From assembly GCA_030167865.1 (NCBI GenBank), contig JALAGF010006405.1, forward strand, positions 1-52,785: DNA of 52,785 nucleotides. The letters are read 5' to 3'. Positions 34,465-45,773 of the stretch are shown here, one piece after another. Both the position numbers and the translations under genes were made by a program. This stretch comes from Craspedostauros australis. Lineage: Eukaryota. The notes under the pieces are model-generated. The model did no database searches. It was not told the origin of the DNA and saw only the letters and a program-made list of their open reading frames with translations. Numbering within the stretch: position 1 is the first letter of the stretch; the number at the start of each line of letters is the position of its first letter.

Positions 34465-37400
34465 GCAATACGAAGAGTGTGTGCAGAGCAGGAGGATGGA
34501 GCGCATACCTTCCTTAGGGGTGACACTGAAACACACTGGGACAGCTGGAAGCTGTTCGCCGCTTCCTCTTCCTGTGTGCGTGTCCTCGGTTGGTTTTATT
34601 GCTTTGCCGGTTGCTGATTGCAGTTCGTTGAATGTTGAATGTTGAATGTTGTTTGCATCAGAGCACGGCTCGCACGGAAGAGCATTCTGTTCCATGAAGA
34701 GTGTGAAACACGGACGCTCAGGAAGCAGGTCAGAGCGCGACAGAAACATGCACGCGCACAACATCGACAAGGGACGGAAGGAAGGAGGGAGACGCTTGTG
34801 CCACAGCGCGCCATGCCATGCCACAAGTGGGAGTGGTCGATCGCAATTGCGATCACAGCCGAATGGTTCCACCTGTGCGGTGTCAACAAATCTCCGAGCC
34901 TCAAGAAGGCCGTGACGTCGAGGGGATGGCACGGGTGAATGACGGGTGAATGCCGAGGCAGTGATGGGAACAAGACCAGTAAGGGCGAAGAGAAATGATG
35001 CATGTGGTCAGGTTATCACCCGTCCTCTGTCATGCCATTGTCGACGCGCATTGCAAGACCAACAAAAGCGCACGAGGACACGAGGCCAAACAGCAAAGTG
35101 CCCAACTTCGTCTTTTTTCGTCGCGTCTTCCCATTCGTGTCGTGGCTTTGATCGTGCGCCCTCGTCGTCTCAGACTCTTCTCTTGAGACCCGTTCGGTCA
35201 TGACAGGTTCCACATGCGTTTCTCCACATGCGCAGGCATGTTCTGTTTTGCCGCCATCGGTTTGCATTTGGACGGACTGTATTTGTTCTTTGTGGGCATC
35301 CTGCTTCCCGCTCAGGCGATTCTCGGTTCGTTTGATGTTTGTGACATCAAGGGCAATAATGTTTCACATTGGACGTTAATAGACGTTATTATGATGGGCA
35401 TTTCCATAGTTGTTAGGTATGATCCAGTACCGTTGACAGTTCTTGTACCGATGATGTGGCTCGCAATCGTGATCTTCAACACGCCAAATCGGGCGAAGCT
35501 TGTGTGACCTCATTTCGTCAACACGCAAGTGTTTTTGACTCCGATCACTTCTCTTCGCTTGGTGGCAGCACATTCCGTGGCCACGATTGCGTTCGCTGGT
35601 GCGTCCGTGCGCGCTTGTTTGTGACTCCACATTCAGGCTATGTGTGAGCTGGAGAGGAAGAGTGCGGCATCAGACGAGTAATGCAACATCCACGTCGACA
35701 TCAACGACAACATCAATCTACTCTCGTGAGCCTGAGCAACAGCACGAGTGGGTTGTACGAGCACACAAGCTATTGCCTCCACGATGAGTTGGATGGATGG
35801 ATCGTGGCGACAACAGCCGAAGGAGTGTTGGCGGAGCAGAATGGGCAGAATTCGAGGTTTGCACGCTGGTATGTGAGCGATGTGGACAATGGAGAGCACA
35901 TCATCTCGCGAATCGCAGAAGGGTGTCACAACTGAGGAACGAGGTGATGAGAAGGACGGCGATGCAAGATTGCCTTGCGAGTGTTACCACTTTGTGACGA
36001 AACGACAAAAACCGACAGAAACATCCGTAATGAGCGCTGCGATACGAATACCACTGTGATCATACTTCCGTGCGCAGTCGTTTTGGCGTCCTGTCGACGT
36101 CTGTGCGTGTGTTTGGGACAGTATAGATGAGAGAAGAGGAGGGCACAGGACAAGATTCTGCTCTCCCGTATGGCACTGTATTCAGTAAAAGGGTCCATTG
36201 GCAACGAGGAACGAAGTGTCGTTCTGGCGGAGATGGGCGGAGTTGCTCCTGCCGGAGTCTCAGCAGTAGCGATGCCACTGACGGCGACCCCAGCGTGCTC
36301 TCGTCCGTCCATCAAACACGCACAACCATTGCTCATCTGCTACCACACCGCGCTGCGTGCTCTGCGGGATCGCAGGGTGGTCTCAGAATGCGAAGTACTA
36401 TGGAGAGAGAACGGTGTCAGAAGAACCACCCAGCCTTCTCAATTCGGTCATTCCTATCGTGTCGCACGACACAAATGACGATCATGTTGCTCCTAGGTGT
36501 GCACGGTTCACTCGTTTCGACCATTCTCATCTGCGGACAAATACAGAACACGAACTATTGCCACAGAAGAGCAGAAACAGAGCCCCACCTTTTTACACAG
36601 TACAGTTGGATGGTCAGGAGCCTTGATGGAGAACCGGCTGTTATCCTGCATCAGACACGCACAAACCATAGATGTTGAATTGGCTCCAAGACGCACGATG
36701 TCCCAAGACCCAATAATCGTTGTCTCTCTTGTTCCATCGAACACCTCGTACGAGAAGCCACTCAACGTGGTTGTGCATTTGCGTCACCCCAACCGTACCA
36801 TCTCCAGTTCAAACCTAACCTTGGTTGTTGGCGCCCCGCGCTGTGACAGATCTCATTCCGGCACAGGCAGCGAAGAGGACATCGCACTTCTCTCGTGTCA
36901 CAGACCGACGCCATCTCCCACAAAGCGCGCGTTTGGCATCAGCCTTGTCGGCATCATTGCCTGCAACAACATCCCCACTCATAGTCGTAGAACGAATACC
37001 CTGTGCGGCCACTCGCATGGCCAACACTTTCTTTGCAGCACAGAGAAGAAGTGAGGGCAGGTCTGAACACAAGCCTGGATTTGTGGGGGTATCCGTACCG
37101 CAAACTCCATGATACGTTGCTTTGTGAATCAGCGAGAACAGTCGATTCCTCCCACGCTTCCTCACTCCTTCAGATCGTTCCTCTTGACGTATTGATGATT
37201 GGCTGCTTCTTCCGTGAGATGCGACGAATTCATCTGTTGGCAGCGACTGTGCTGGTTGTGACATCCACGAAGAAGTACAATTGGAGTACATGTGATACTC
37301 CTACTCTGCCGTGCACTCTCTCCCACTTGAGAAGAATCAGAGGCGGATCCGCGCTTCGGCACGATTCGCACAACCACCGATCCCGAGGCTGAGCGGACCA

Positions 37401-38337
37401 GTCAACAGGAACACGCATTCTCGCAGGTCGTCGCTCGCATGGGACAGCGTCCATCACATCAACCTGCAGAACGCACAAGCTACAATGATAGAAAACGACG
37501 TCGGCATCGGCATCCCTCGCCGCATTCACCGACGCGTGCTCGCGTTCCGGTCGAGAACATCCAAATCGCAAGGTTTTTCGATAATCAGCCCTGTTTCCAT
37601 TCGGCGTGGTTGTGCCGCGCGAGGTGAAATACGGTCCAACTTCTTCCACATCAATACCAGGGAGCAGCTGCTTCTACCATTGCTGGTCTCTTGCGACTCC
37701 TCGATGCGGACTCTTCCCCCAAGACCAGTCGACGCGCCACGCACGTACACGTCCATCTGTTGCCGAGGAACTGGTCCGGAGCCGCAAATAGCTCCCGTCA
37801 TCTCCCCTCATCAGAGAATGTACCATACTCTTCCTGGTGTTCATCCGTTTCTACCCATCAAAACGTCATCGGCCGCTCATCCAAGACCAACCTCTCTCGC
37901 TCTTCATCCTTGTGCCATTGACCACGGTTTGTGTTTTGCTGCCGTCTCTCTCCTCCCTCTTGGTGCTCGACTCGCCCTACTCTGCACTCACGCCCATGTT
38001 CCAGGATACCTTGTTACCCATGCTGCATCCACTCGTCAATCTACTAGCCACGAATGAGAACAAAACATGTCATGATCTACTAGCCACAGTACAGAATTAG
38101 GCCTTTGTCCAAAAGATACCAAACAGGCAACAACACAACACAACACATCACCCTCAGAAACAACAGCAACAGCAACAGCAACAGCAACACAAGAGCACCG
38201 ACGATGGCGACGATGTTGGTTCCACAAAGACCACAGGCTTGACAGAGCACACACGCGTGTAGTAGATCGTACAATAGCAATAACGCGCTCGTGCGTATAC
38301 TACTTATACGACTATCCAATGCACATAGTCTCCCATC

Positions 38338-39057
38338 ATGAGATCCGGCGCAAGCAACAGCAACCACGAGGAGCGTGAGAGCCTCATTCTGATGGAAGGT
38401 GGGACAGCCACAGCAATCGCAGGCACAGCAGCAGCAGACGCGAAGGATGAAAAGAGTGGATCATCGTTCTCCATCGATTCAACGTGCGATGAGGCTGATG
38501 CTGACGGCCAGAATGAGGAGGCAGCCAAGCCCATGTTCGCAGCGTCGAACCACCCACAGAACAAGCGCGTGCTGCTGAGCCAACGCATCAAGGCCATTCG
38601 TCCCGAGGTGATCAACTGCCTGTCCTTCACGGGGGTCTTCTGCAAGCTCCTGCGCAATCCAGAACGATCCATGAACCGCACGCTGTTCCTCTTCACGGGC
38701 GCCATCATAATCTTGATCGACCTGTACTTCACGTACTGCCAGTGGATGCTGCAGACCAGCCATTCCATCCCCGTCCTATCCACCAAGCATCTGGCTGCGG
38801 GGCACCGACGGCTGCTGAACTCTCGTTCCAAAGATGATTCATCGTCGTCGTTGGCATCCACCGTTTCGTTCGCCTCCATTCGATGGAGCTCCAGCATGAA
38901 CACGGACGTGTTGGATGATCTACTGAGCGATCTGCCACAATCTATCTGGGTGGTCGGGTATCTGTTCAACTACGAATTCTCCATGATCGCCCTGACGTGT
39001 GCCACGCATTCGATGTTCTCGATCATGGAAGGTCTGTTCCGCCTGCGAACAGATTGA
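38338..39057 (+). CDS. Hypothetical membrane protein (239 aa)
   Basis: GC3-rich codons and hydrophobic segments TLFLFTGAIIILIDLYFTY and IWVVGYLF...IALTC. Family not recognised. Confidence 0.65.
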   Translation: MRSGASNSNHEERESLILMEGGTATAIAGTAAADAKDEKSGSSFSIDSTCDEADADGQNEEAAKPMFAASNHPQNKRVLLSQRIKAIRPEVINCLSFTGVFCKLLRNPERSMNRTLFLFTGAIIILIDLYFTYCQWMLQTSHSIPVLSTKHLAAGHRRLLNSRSKDDSSSSLASTVSFASIRWSSSMNTDVLDDLLSDLPQSIWVVGYLFNYEFSMIALTCATHSMFSIMEGLFRLRTD

Positions 39058-39714
39058 TTGATCGATGGAAACAAGGGCGATGGAGGAATAAATGAAGGGG
39101 AAACATGGAGCGAACGGAGCATGATAGGTGAAGACAGCGCAGTCGATGGATCGGTCATGTCCAAAGCAATTGCTGAGCAAGATACAGCGCTGCTTGCAAC
39201 TATTCGTACAGTGCATACGAATACTGTGCAGCCAACAAGGCAACGCCATGTGTCGATATTTTGTACAAACTAGAGTAGATTGCTCTACTGTAGTTGTAGC
39301 CATTTGGTGATCCCTCTCCACGAAAGGAGAGAGCCATCCCACATCAAGTATATTTTAGTCTGTGAGGGGCATCGCACACTCCATCACACAGACAAACCTA
39401 CAAAATAGTATCTTTCACGTGTTCGAGCCACTTCGGTTCTGAAACGCAAGTAATGCAAAATGACGCAATAGCACTCGTGCGACCATCATCAACAAGTCAG
39501 AGACCCACAATGATGGGAGAGGGGAAGGGTTTGCGTCATCACACAAACAACAGCCATCATCAAACAGGGCCTTGGTGGTTCCGCAATACGCGCACGAGCT
39601 ACTATAGAGAGCCATACTCGTGCATCCACATTGACACAACCACGTTGGCACCAAGAGATGTCCAGCAACAGAGTTGAGCTCAAAGCATAAAGAAGCGTAG
39701 CGCAGAGAAGAGCA

Positions 39715-41319
39715 ATGACGAGCCGACCAGCATCGTCATCAGCAGCCGTGGCTGCAGCGGCGGCACTCGGGGCTTCTGGAACTGAGGTCACGGTCACGTT
39801 GCCATGGCTGATTGCTTCGTCTGCGGTCATCGTGGCCCTGACTGCGATCACAACGATGGCCGTAACGTCATCATCAGCACCTGCAATGGCTGAGACAAAG
39901 ACCAGACCAAAGTGGGCCAGATCGCTGCCGCCATCCAAAAGATCGAAGAATGCAGAAGCAGAGCAGTCACCAAAGATCGTCGACAAATCGTCGCAGACGG
40001 ACATCCAAGCCGACCTGCAAGAACAAGAGACAGTGCGAGAACAACTGCAAACGCAAACGCAAACAGAACAACCGCGGCCGTCTCCATTCTCGACCTCAGG
40101 GGCCATCTACTCGGACAATTTCGTCAAGGCGATCGAGCCGCTGTACGATCTGCACATGGGATGCGAAAATATGGGCCCCATCCTGTATTCGATAGCGCGC
40201 TTTGTCAAACCCCACAAGGTCCTCGAGGTCGGCGCTGGCTACACCTCCATCTTCCTGTTGCAGGCATTGCACGACAACGCGCAGGAGCTCAGGAGGGTGC
40301 AGGAGCGGGTCAATGCGTCCAAGTCCTACCTGCAGTCCCACGATGAACAGCAACCGGACGACGAGGACTACCAGCTCATTCAGGACATGTTCCTGGATCA
40401 GTGCAAGGACTTCACATTCAACATCAACGACAAAGCCGTGCCGCTCGCCCCGCCCTACATTCCCAAGGTCGTCATCATGGACAACATGGAGCACGAATCC
40501 ACGACGGCGCATCTCGTCATGAGCATCGCCAAGCAGCTGGGCATCGATGCGCACCTGCAGGTCGTCGTGGCCGATTGCTTCGAGCACGATTGGGACGCGG
40601 ATGCTGCGTCCGGCCCGGATCAATTCGATTTCATCTGGCTCGACGGAATCACCACCGACAAGCTCTTCGCGCAGCTCTTCGAGACGTACTGGCAAAAGCA
40701 TCTCACCAACGGCGGCTACATCGGTGTGCATTCGACCTTGACGAACACCGTCACGCGGTCTTGGCACAAGGCGCTTTACACCAATCATCAGGCCAAGTTG
40801 GAGCGGCAGGCCGAGCTAGATCGCATGGTCAAGGTGCAGCTGGAGGTCAAACCCGTGGATGACGCGGTCAATCTGTCGCAGCTTGCTGCATCCATCCGCG
40901 AACAACAGTCGCAGCTGGAAGCAACCAAGGATATCGTCATGGTATTTAGCGACGACGACAACCATACTTCCACTGTTGGTAGCAGCGATGCGCCGGTGGT
41001 CACATCAACTCCCCAAACTCCGGCATCGTGGTACCGCACGGAACCAATCGGATACGGCATATCCAAGTTGGTGATACCCGTCCGCGTCGAATCGTTGGAC
41101 GATGCCTTGGCATGGGCGGAGGCCATGGAGGCGCACTTGGAAGACCACGTTGGACGCATCGAAGTGGTCGAGACCACAATCCGCAACACCACGCCTGTGC
41201 AATCGCAGCTGCATCAGCTCAGCTTCTTGGAACCACACAAACGGTTTCAGAATTCGTTCACGTTGTTTCAGAAGCGCGAGCGTTCGTATCAGGAACCGAT
41301 TTATAGTTGGAATCCATGA
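39715..41319 (+). CDS. Class I SAM-dependent methyltransferase (Methyltransf_24-like) with an inserted eEF1B-like domain and an N-terminal hydrophobic anchor
   Basis: Contains motif I KVLEVGAGYTS, VVIMDN, VVADC, FDFIWLDG, LTNGGYIGVH and terminal LSFLEPHK...FTLFQK. The insert LEVKPVDDAVNL...PIGYGISKL...EDHV resembles the EF1B nucleotide-exchange domain. Confidence 0.88.
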   Translation: MTSRPASSSAAVAAAAALGASGTEVTVTLPWLIASSAVIVALTAITTMAVTSSSAPAMAETKTRPKWARSLPPSKRSKNAEAEQSPKIVDKSSQTDIQADLQEQETVREQLQTQTQTEQPRPSPFSTSGAIYSDNFVKAIEPLYDLHMGCENMGPILYSIARFVKPHKVLEVGAGYTSIFLLQALHDNAQELRRVQERVNASKSYLQSHDEQQPDDEDYQLIQDMFLDQCKDFTFNINDKAVPLAPPYIPKVVIMDNMEHESTTAHLVMSIAKQLGIDAHLQVVVADCFEHDWDADAASGPDQFDFIWLDGITTDKLFAQLFETYWQKHLTNGGYIGVHSTLTNTVTRSWHKALYTNHQAKLERQAELDRMVKVQLEVKPVDDAVNLSQLAASIREQQSQLEATKDIVMVFSDDDNHTSTVGSSDAPVVTSTPQTPASWYRTEPIGYGISKLVIPVRVESLDDALAWAEAMEAHLEDHVGRIEVVETTIRNTTPVQSQLHQLSFLEPHKRFQNSFTLFQKRERSYQEPIYSWNP

Positions 41320-43414
41320 GGACGTCTCGATCTCGTATCTTAGAGCGTTGGAGTAACATATGGTGGCAACACGTGGACGTTGAGACAAGATGAAGCAGAA
41401 TGGATGCGCACGGAGACGAGGAGTATGCCACGATGCCAGGCACACAAGGGTATGGCGAAAGAATGGTTCTGAAAGCCACCACTCTGACGATCATCCATTC
41501 TCCGATTCGAACCAGAAACGGACCACATCATGACAGCCAGAATTCCTGTCTGGCCTTGATAACGCTGCAGCGCTGCCTGCTGAAGACAGCTCTGAGTTCT
41601 AGAGACAGAAAGAGAGAGAGATAGTGTAGATATAAAGTTATTGATCTCTATCCGTCCGAGTCCTCGGAGTCCACTTGTGGTAGGGATCGAAATGTTGCAA
41701 TGGAGGCAAAACCATGAGAAAAGAAGGCGGTGTTGGCGCCATCCGTTGCGTGCCGTCACTCTTCTGTCTACTTGCAGATGTTGCAATGCTATGCTAGGAG
41801 ATGCGATGCGATCGGAGTGTCGCCAACGTTCATGGGAGCGCCGAAGAAGCAGCCGCTCCACCCCGATCCTCTCCTGGCATCGCGTGATCGTAGACCTTGG
41901 GCGTACGAAAACCGCAACCGGAGCGTCGCAGAAATTTCAGTCAGAGAATAGGCTCAGGAACCAATCTCCGATATTGTCAAAGGCGCGCTCTGGGTCGTCT
42001 TCCAAATCGGTGCAGGTAGCTGCCGATGCCAGCGCCAAAATGATGGCACACGCCAACGTCCAAACGACGAGAGCGATCTTGGCGAGCTACAACGCGATAC
42101 GATAGGATTCATCATGGAATCAACACGGAATGATCGTAGAATGGGAATAGAGAAAGGAAGAATGAAGGATGAAACGTGTGTGAGTGAGTGCGAAAGCGTG
42201 CACAAGCAAAACAAGCGAGAACCAGACACCAGACTCTCTGGAGAGGCTCCATAGGTACTCAGGTCCTACGACTATAATACTAATCTGTAGGGATACCATA
42301 CGAGCCACTCTACACACGTATTCTACCGCGCGCATCCAAAACTCACCCGAAGCTCCTCGGCGTTGAGCTCATCGTTCTCATCTTCTTCGACATCAACACC
42401 ATCATCGTTGATACTGCTTCCATCATCTTCGTAATCGATCACTTTATCATCACCCTTCACCGCATCCTCGATGTCTTGGTGGTCCACATCTTGAAGGAGA
42501 GGCACAGCGTGCTCCACGCACAGCTTCACGCCGTCATCGATCTGCAAGTAGTCCGTTCTTGTGCCCATGGTGAATCCTTGTCTCCGTTGTCTTCTGCCGT
42601 CTACTCGCCCAGAGGGGTAGTGTGTCTGTTGGTCATGGAACTTCTTCTTGATGCTGCGTTGTGCTGTGCCATCCCCCAAAGAACCACCATCTCTTCCGTT
42701 GTTGCTATCGATGTCAGTACTGTTCTGTGTTGATACCTCGTTGAGCACAAAGAACAAAAGACCCGCAGAAATTCCATCCGCGATTCCTCGTTGCCGTTGT
42801 AGTCGTTGTAGTCGATAACGGTGTGGACGACCACTTTATCCATGACTCACGCATCGCGCTCACAAATTCTGCGCAGTACCGAGCACACGAAAAGAGGTCG
42901 CGGTCGGAGGCTTCTGCTCATGCTCATCTGCATTCATGCACTCCACCATGCCGTACGATCTGCCCTTTTGCACCACCATAGTTGTATTATACAATACCTA
43001 TGATCGAATAATGTCTTTTGCTATGTAATATAATAGTACATCTAGTCGTATCAGATCTGTGCGAGCGTGAGTCGGCCATGATGGTTGCTGTTGGGGGTCA
43101 TGCCTGCAGGAGTAAAGATCTGGACCATCTCCTGTGCTCCACAACGACGACGTCTTCAGGCGCGAGCAAGCCTCTGGCGGAACCACTGGGCGATGCATGT
43201 CCTCGCCTCGTCTTGGAACGAACAGACAACAAGAGAATAACCCAGTATGCTCTACAGGTATGATACATCCCAACACACAGTACTCACGCTTATCAATGCC
43301 TGTGTATCTGCAGTGTGTGAAGTGCGCACTCTTACCCCATCGCCCACTTCATCGCCTACTTCGCTCTGCTCCTCACTCTCCTCTACATCCCCATCTCATT
43401 CTTGGCACATCCAA

Positions 43415-44848
43415 TCAATTGGCTCCCCCATTCGCACTCTGACCCTTGCTCTCCAGTGATCGAACCCTCTCCAACAGACATCCTCCACCCATATCCCCCT
43501 CCAACACCACATCCTCTCTCTCATCCAACCACCTGTACAGCTCATCGATTCGCATTCCATCGAACCTGTTGTCTCCGCTGCTGCACTTGTGGCCGGGACT
43601 CTCAGCTATCTTCTTCATCAACTCACCCAATCTGGCCAGCTGGATGTGATGGCCACGCTGGAACACCTCAGTCAAGTTCTTGAGGACCACCTTGACACAC
43701 TCTTCCTCCAACACACAGCACCTGTGCGCATCTGCGAACACCAGCAGATCGACACATGAAGCCACATCCAGATGCTTCGCTGCGAGTCTCGTCTCCACCA
43801 CGATCTTGAGCTTCCAACAACCGAAGAGATGGGCGACAAGCAACAGATCTCGCAGCTCGGCTTGTGTGGTATCATCCGTGATGAAGGATATGTCATCCGC
43901 ATAGATGAATTGGGGCATGGATCGAAAGTGGCGTGGATTGGTTTCTGGCAGCGAGATGCACTTTTCGTCGCCAATGCTGCCACCAACAGCTGTCGTAGGT
44001 GCAGACGTCGTTTCCACGGGTGTGGCTCCAGCCATGAGCAATCGCATGGCTGGATTTCCCACCAGTATGAACATGGTGTTGGCCTTGATGCGTTGCTGTT
44101 GATCGCTGGTGCCGACCACGAAGGTGATGTTGGCATGCGTCTCGGTCCGAAGCATCTTGAGCCTGTCCCTATTGAAGGCGAGGGATGGTGTCCAGCGATT
44201 GTGGATGTGTTGAAGGTGATGGAACTTGACGTGGACAGAGAGGGTGTCGTCATCGAGCCCATCATTGAGCACTTTGTTCACGGTCGTGCAATCGTCGCTG
44301 CCCCATGCACCATTGGTATCCACACGATACAAGTCTGGCTCTTCCCCGCGATCAGAGATGGCAAGCTTGGGGATCGATATTGTACTGATGACAGCATACT
44401 CTTCTCCCAATAGCCATGGCGCGTCGTCAAGGAAAAGGTACACTCCAAGATGGTAGGTTTGGGATGAGTCGGGCCCTTCTCCTGACAGTGTGCTGTCTAT
44501 TGAGAACGTGAGCTTCAAGTTCCATCGCACACCACCACACTCGAAGGCAGGAGAGGATATGTATGTGCGTTGTTTTGCCTTGAAATCGATGTTTGAGAAC
44601 TGATGGAACTTGACAACGATCACGTCTTTCTCATGGTTGTTGTCGCTGTCGTTGTCGCAGTCCTTGTCCTTGTCGTTGTTGTCATCACTGCAATCTGTCC
44701 TCTTTGCTCGCTTGTTGACGTGCACAACCTCCACGCCCTGATCGATAGTGCGTTCTCCGATAGTGCGTTCTTCGATAGTGCGTTCGTCATATTGAAAGCC
44801 AGGCTCTGACGAGCTGGAGATGGAGTTGACACGAGGGCGTTTCGACAT
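43415..44848 (-). CDS. MATH-BTB (SPOP-like) Cullin-3 adaptor, paralog 1
   Basis: MATH region: VKFHQFS...SPAFECGGVRWNL...LGVYL...WG. BTB region: ANITFVVG...F.....FIYAD...LLLVAHLFGCWKLK, followed by LLVFADAHRCCVLEEEC. Confidence 0.9.
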   Translation of the reverse strand: MSKRPRVNSISSSSEPGFQYDERTIEERTIGERTIDQGVEVVHVNKRAKRTDCSDDNNDKDKDCDNDSDNNHEKDVIVVKFHQFSNIDFKAKQRTYISSPAFECGGVRWNLKLTFSIDSTLSGEGPDSSQTYHLGVYLFLDDAPWLLGEEYAVISTISIPKLAISDRGEEPDLYRVDTNGAWGSDDCTTVNKVLNDGLDDDTLSVHVKFHHLQHIHNRWTPSLAFNRDRLKMLRTETHANITFVVGTSDQQQRIKANTMFILVGNPAMRLLMAGATPVETTSAPTTAVGGSIGDEKCISLPETNPRHFRSMPQFIYADDISFITDDTTQAELRDLLLVAHLFGCWKLKIVVETRLAAKHLDVASCVDLLVFADAHRCCVLEEECVKVVLKNLTEVFQRGHHIQLARLGELMKKIAESPGHKCSSGDNRFDGMRIDELYRWLDEREDVVLEGDMGGGCLLERVRSLESKGQSANGGAN

Positions 44849-45773
44849 GATCCACCTTGATGTTGATTCTGCGGAATGATCTGCTGGAAGGATGGATCAA
44901 CTCTGTGTTCTACCACCAGCGCAGGTGATCGTCCCGGATTGATTCCTGGTTTTGCAAGTATAATATGATATGATGGCTGCGTATTGATTTGGTTGTGGAG
45001 GAAGAGGTTTGATGGATGTCCCGACTCGTATCGCATCAGAGAGTGATGGTGAGTGTGGCAGTCACACCACCTGTGTGGCTACGAGCTATCTTTGATGTCA
45101 CAACAAGCAAAGAGCTTCGTCTCGTGGAGCCAAGAGAGGCAGCAAGGTCGGAACAGATCCTGCCACCGAGGGAAGAGTGTCAACTAGTCGTATGTCCTGT
45201 TGGTGGAGGTGGCGGCTCCAGGATGGTTGAGAGACAGAACGGAGGACTTTGCTGCCCTTTGCTTGTTGTTGTGTGATTGTGACGGTGACATGATGCGTGT
45301 CGGATCCGGATTTATGATCACAACCGTTAGAAGACGTTTGATGAACAAGTTCGAAAATGGCAAACCAAACACTCGGATGCGCTTTTTGCGCATCACATGT
45401 TCCTCGTTCGAAGACATCTCCACCAGATCGATGAGTCGATGAGCCGCTGTCGGAGTCGCTGTCGGGGTCCATGTCCGCAGGAGTAGATGGTGAGAGCACT
45501 GCCCATCTTCTGTGCTCCACAACGACGACATCTTCAACTGTGCGCAAGCCTATGGCAGAACCACCGTGTTGTCCTTGTTCCTGCTTCGGAATGAACAGAG
45601 AACAGAGCAAGGTACTAACACTCCACTCCATGCCGGATTAGTGCATCAAGGTGCTCAAGCCTATCCATGCTTATCAATGCTTATCAATGCCAGTGTGTCA
45701 TGGAGCGCGTCGTGGAGTGTACGTTCCTATTTTATCATCCACCTCATCCCAATCTCGTCCTTGCCACATCCAA

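Noticed and set aside
34500..38100. Many short ORFs in a 3.6-kb gene-poor stretch (also 18500-20500 and 25500-27600)
   Set aside because: No motif, no consistent frame and no RNA-gene signature that I can support.
42323..42843. Protein-like minus-strand fragments with an acidic tail
   Set aside because: A frameshift is needed to join them and no homology is recognisable; at most a relic.
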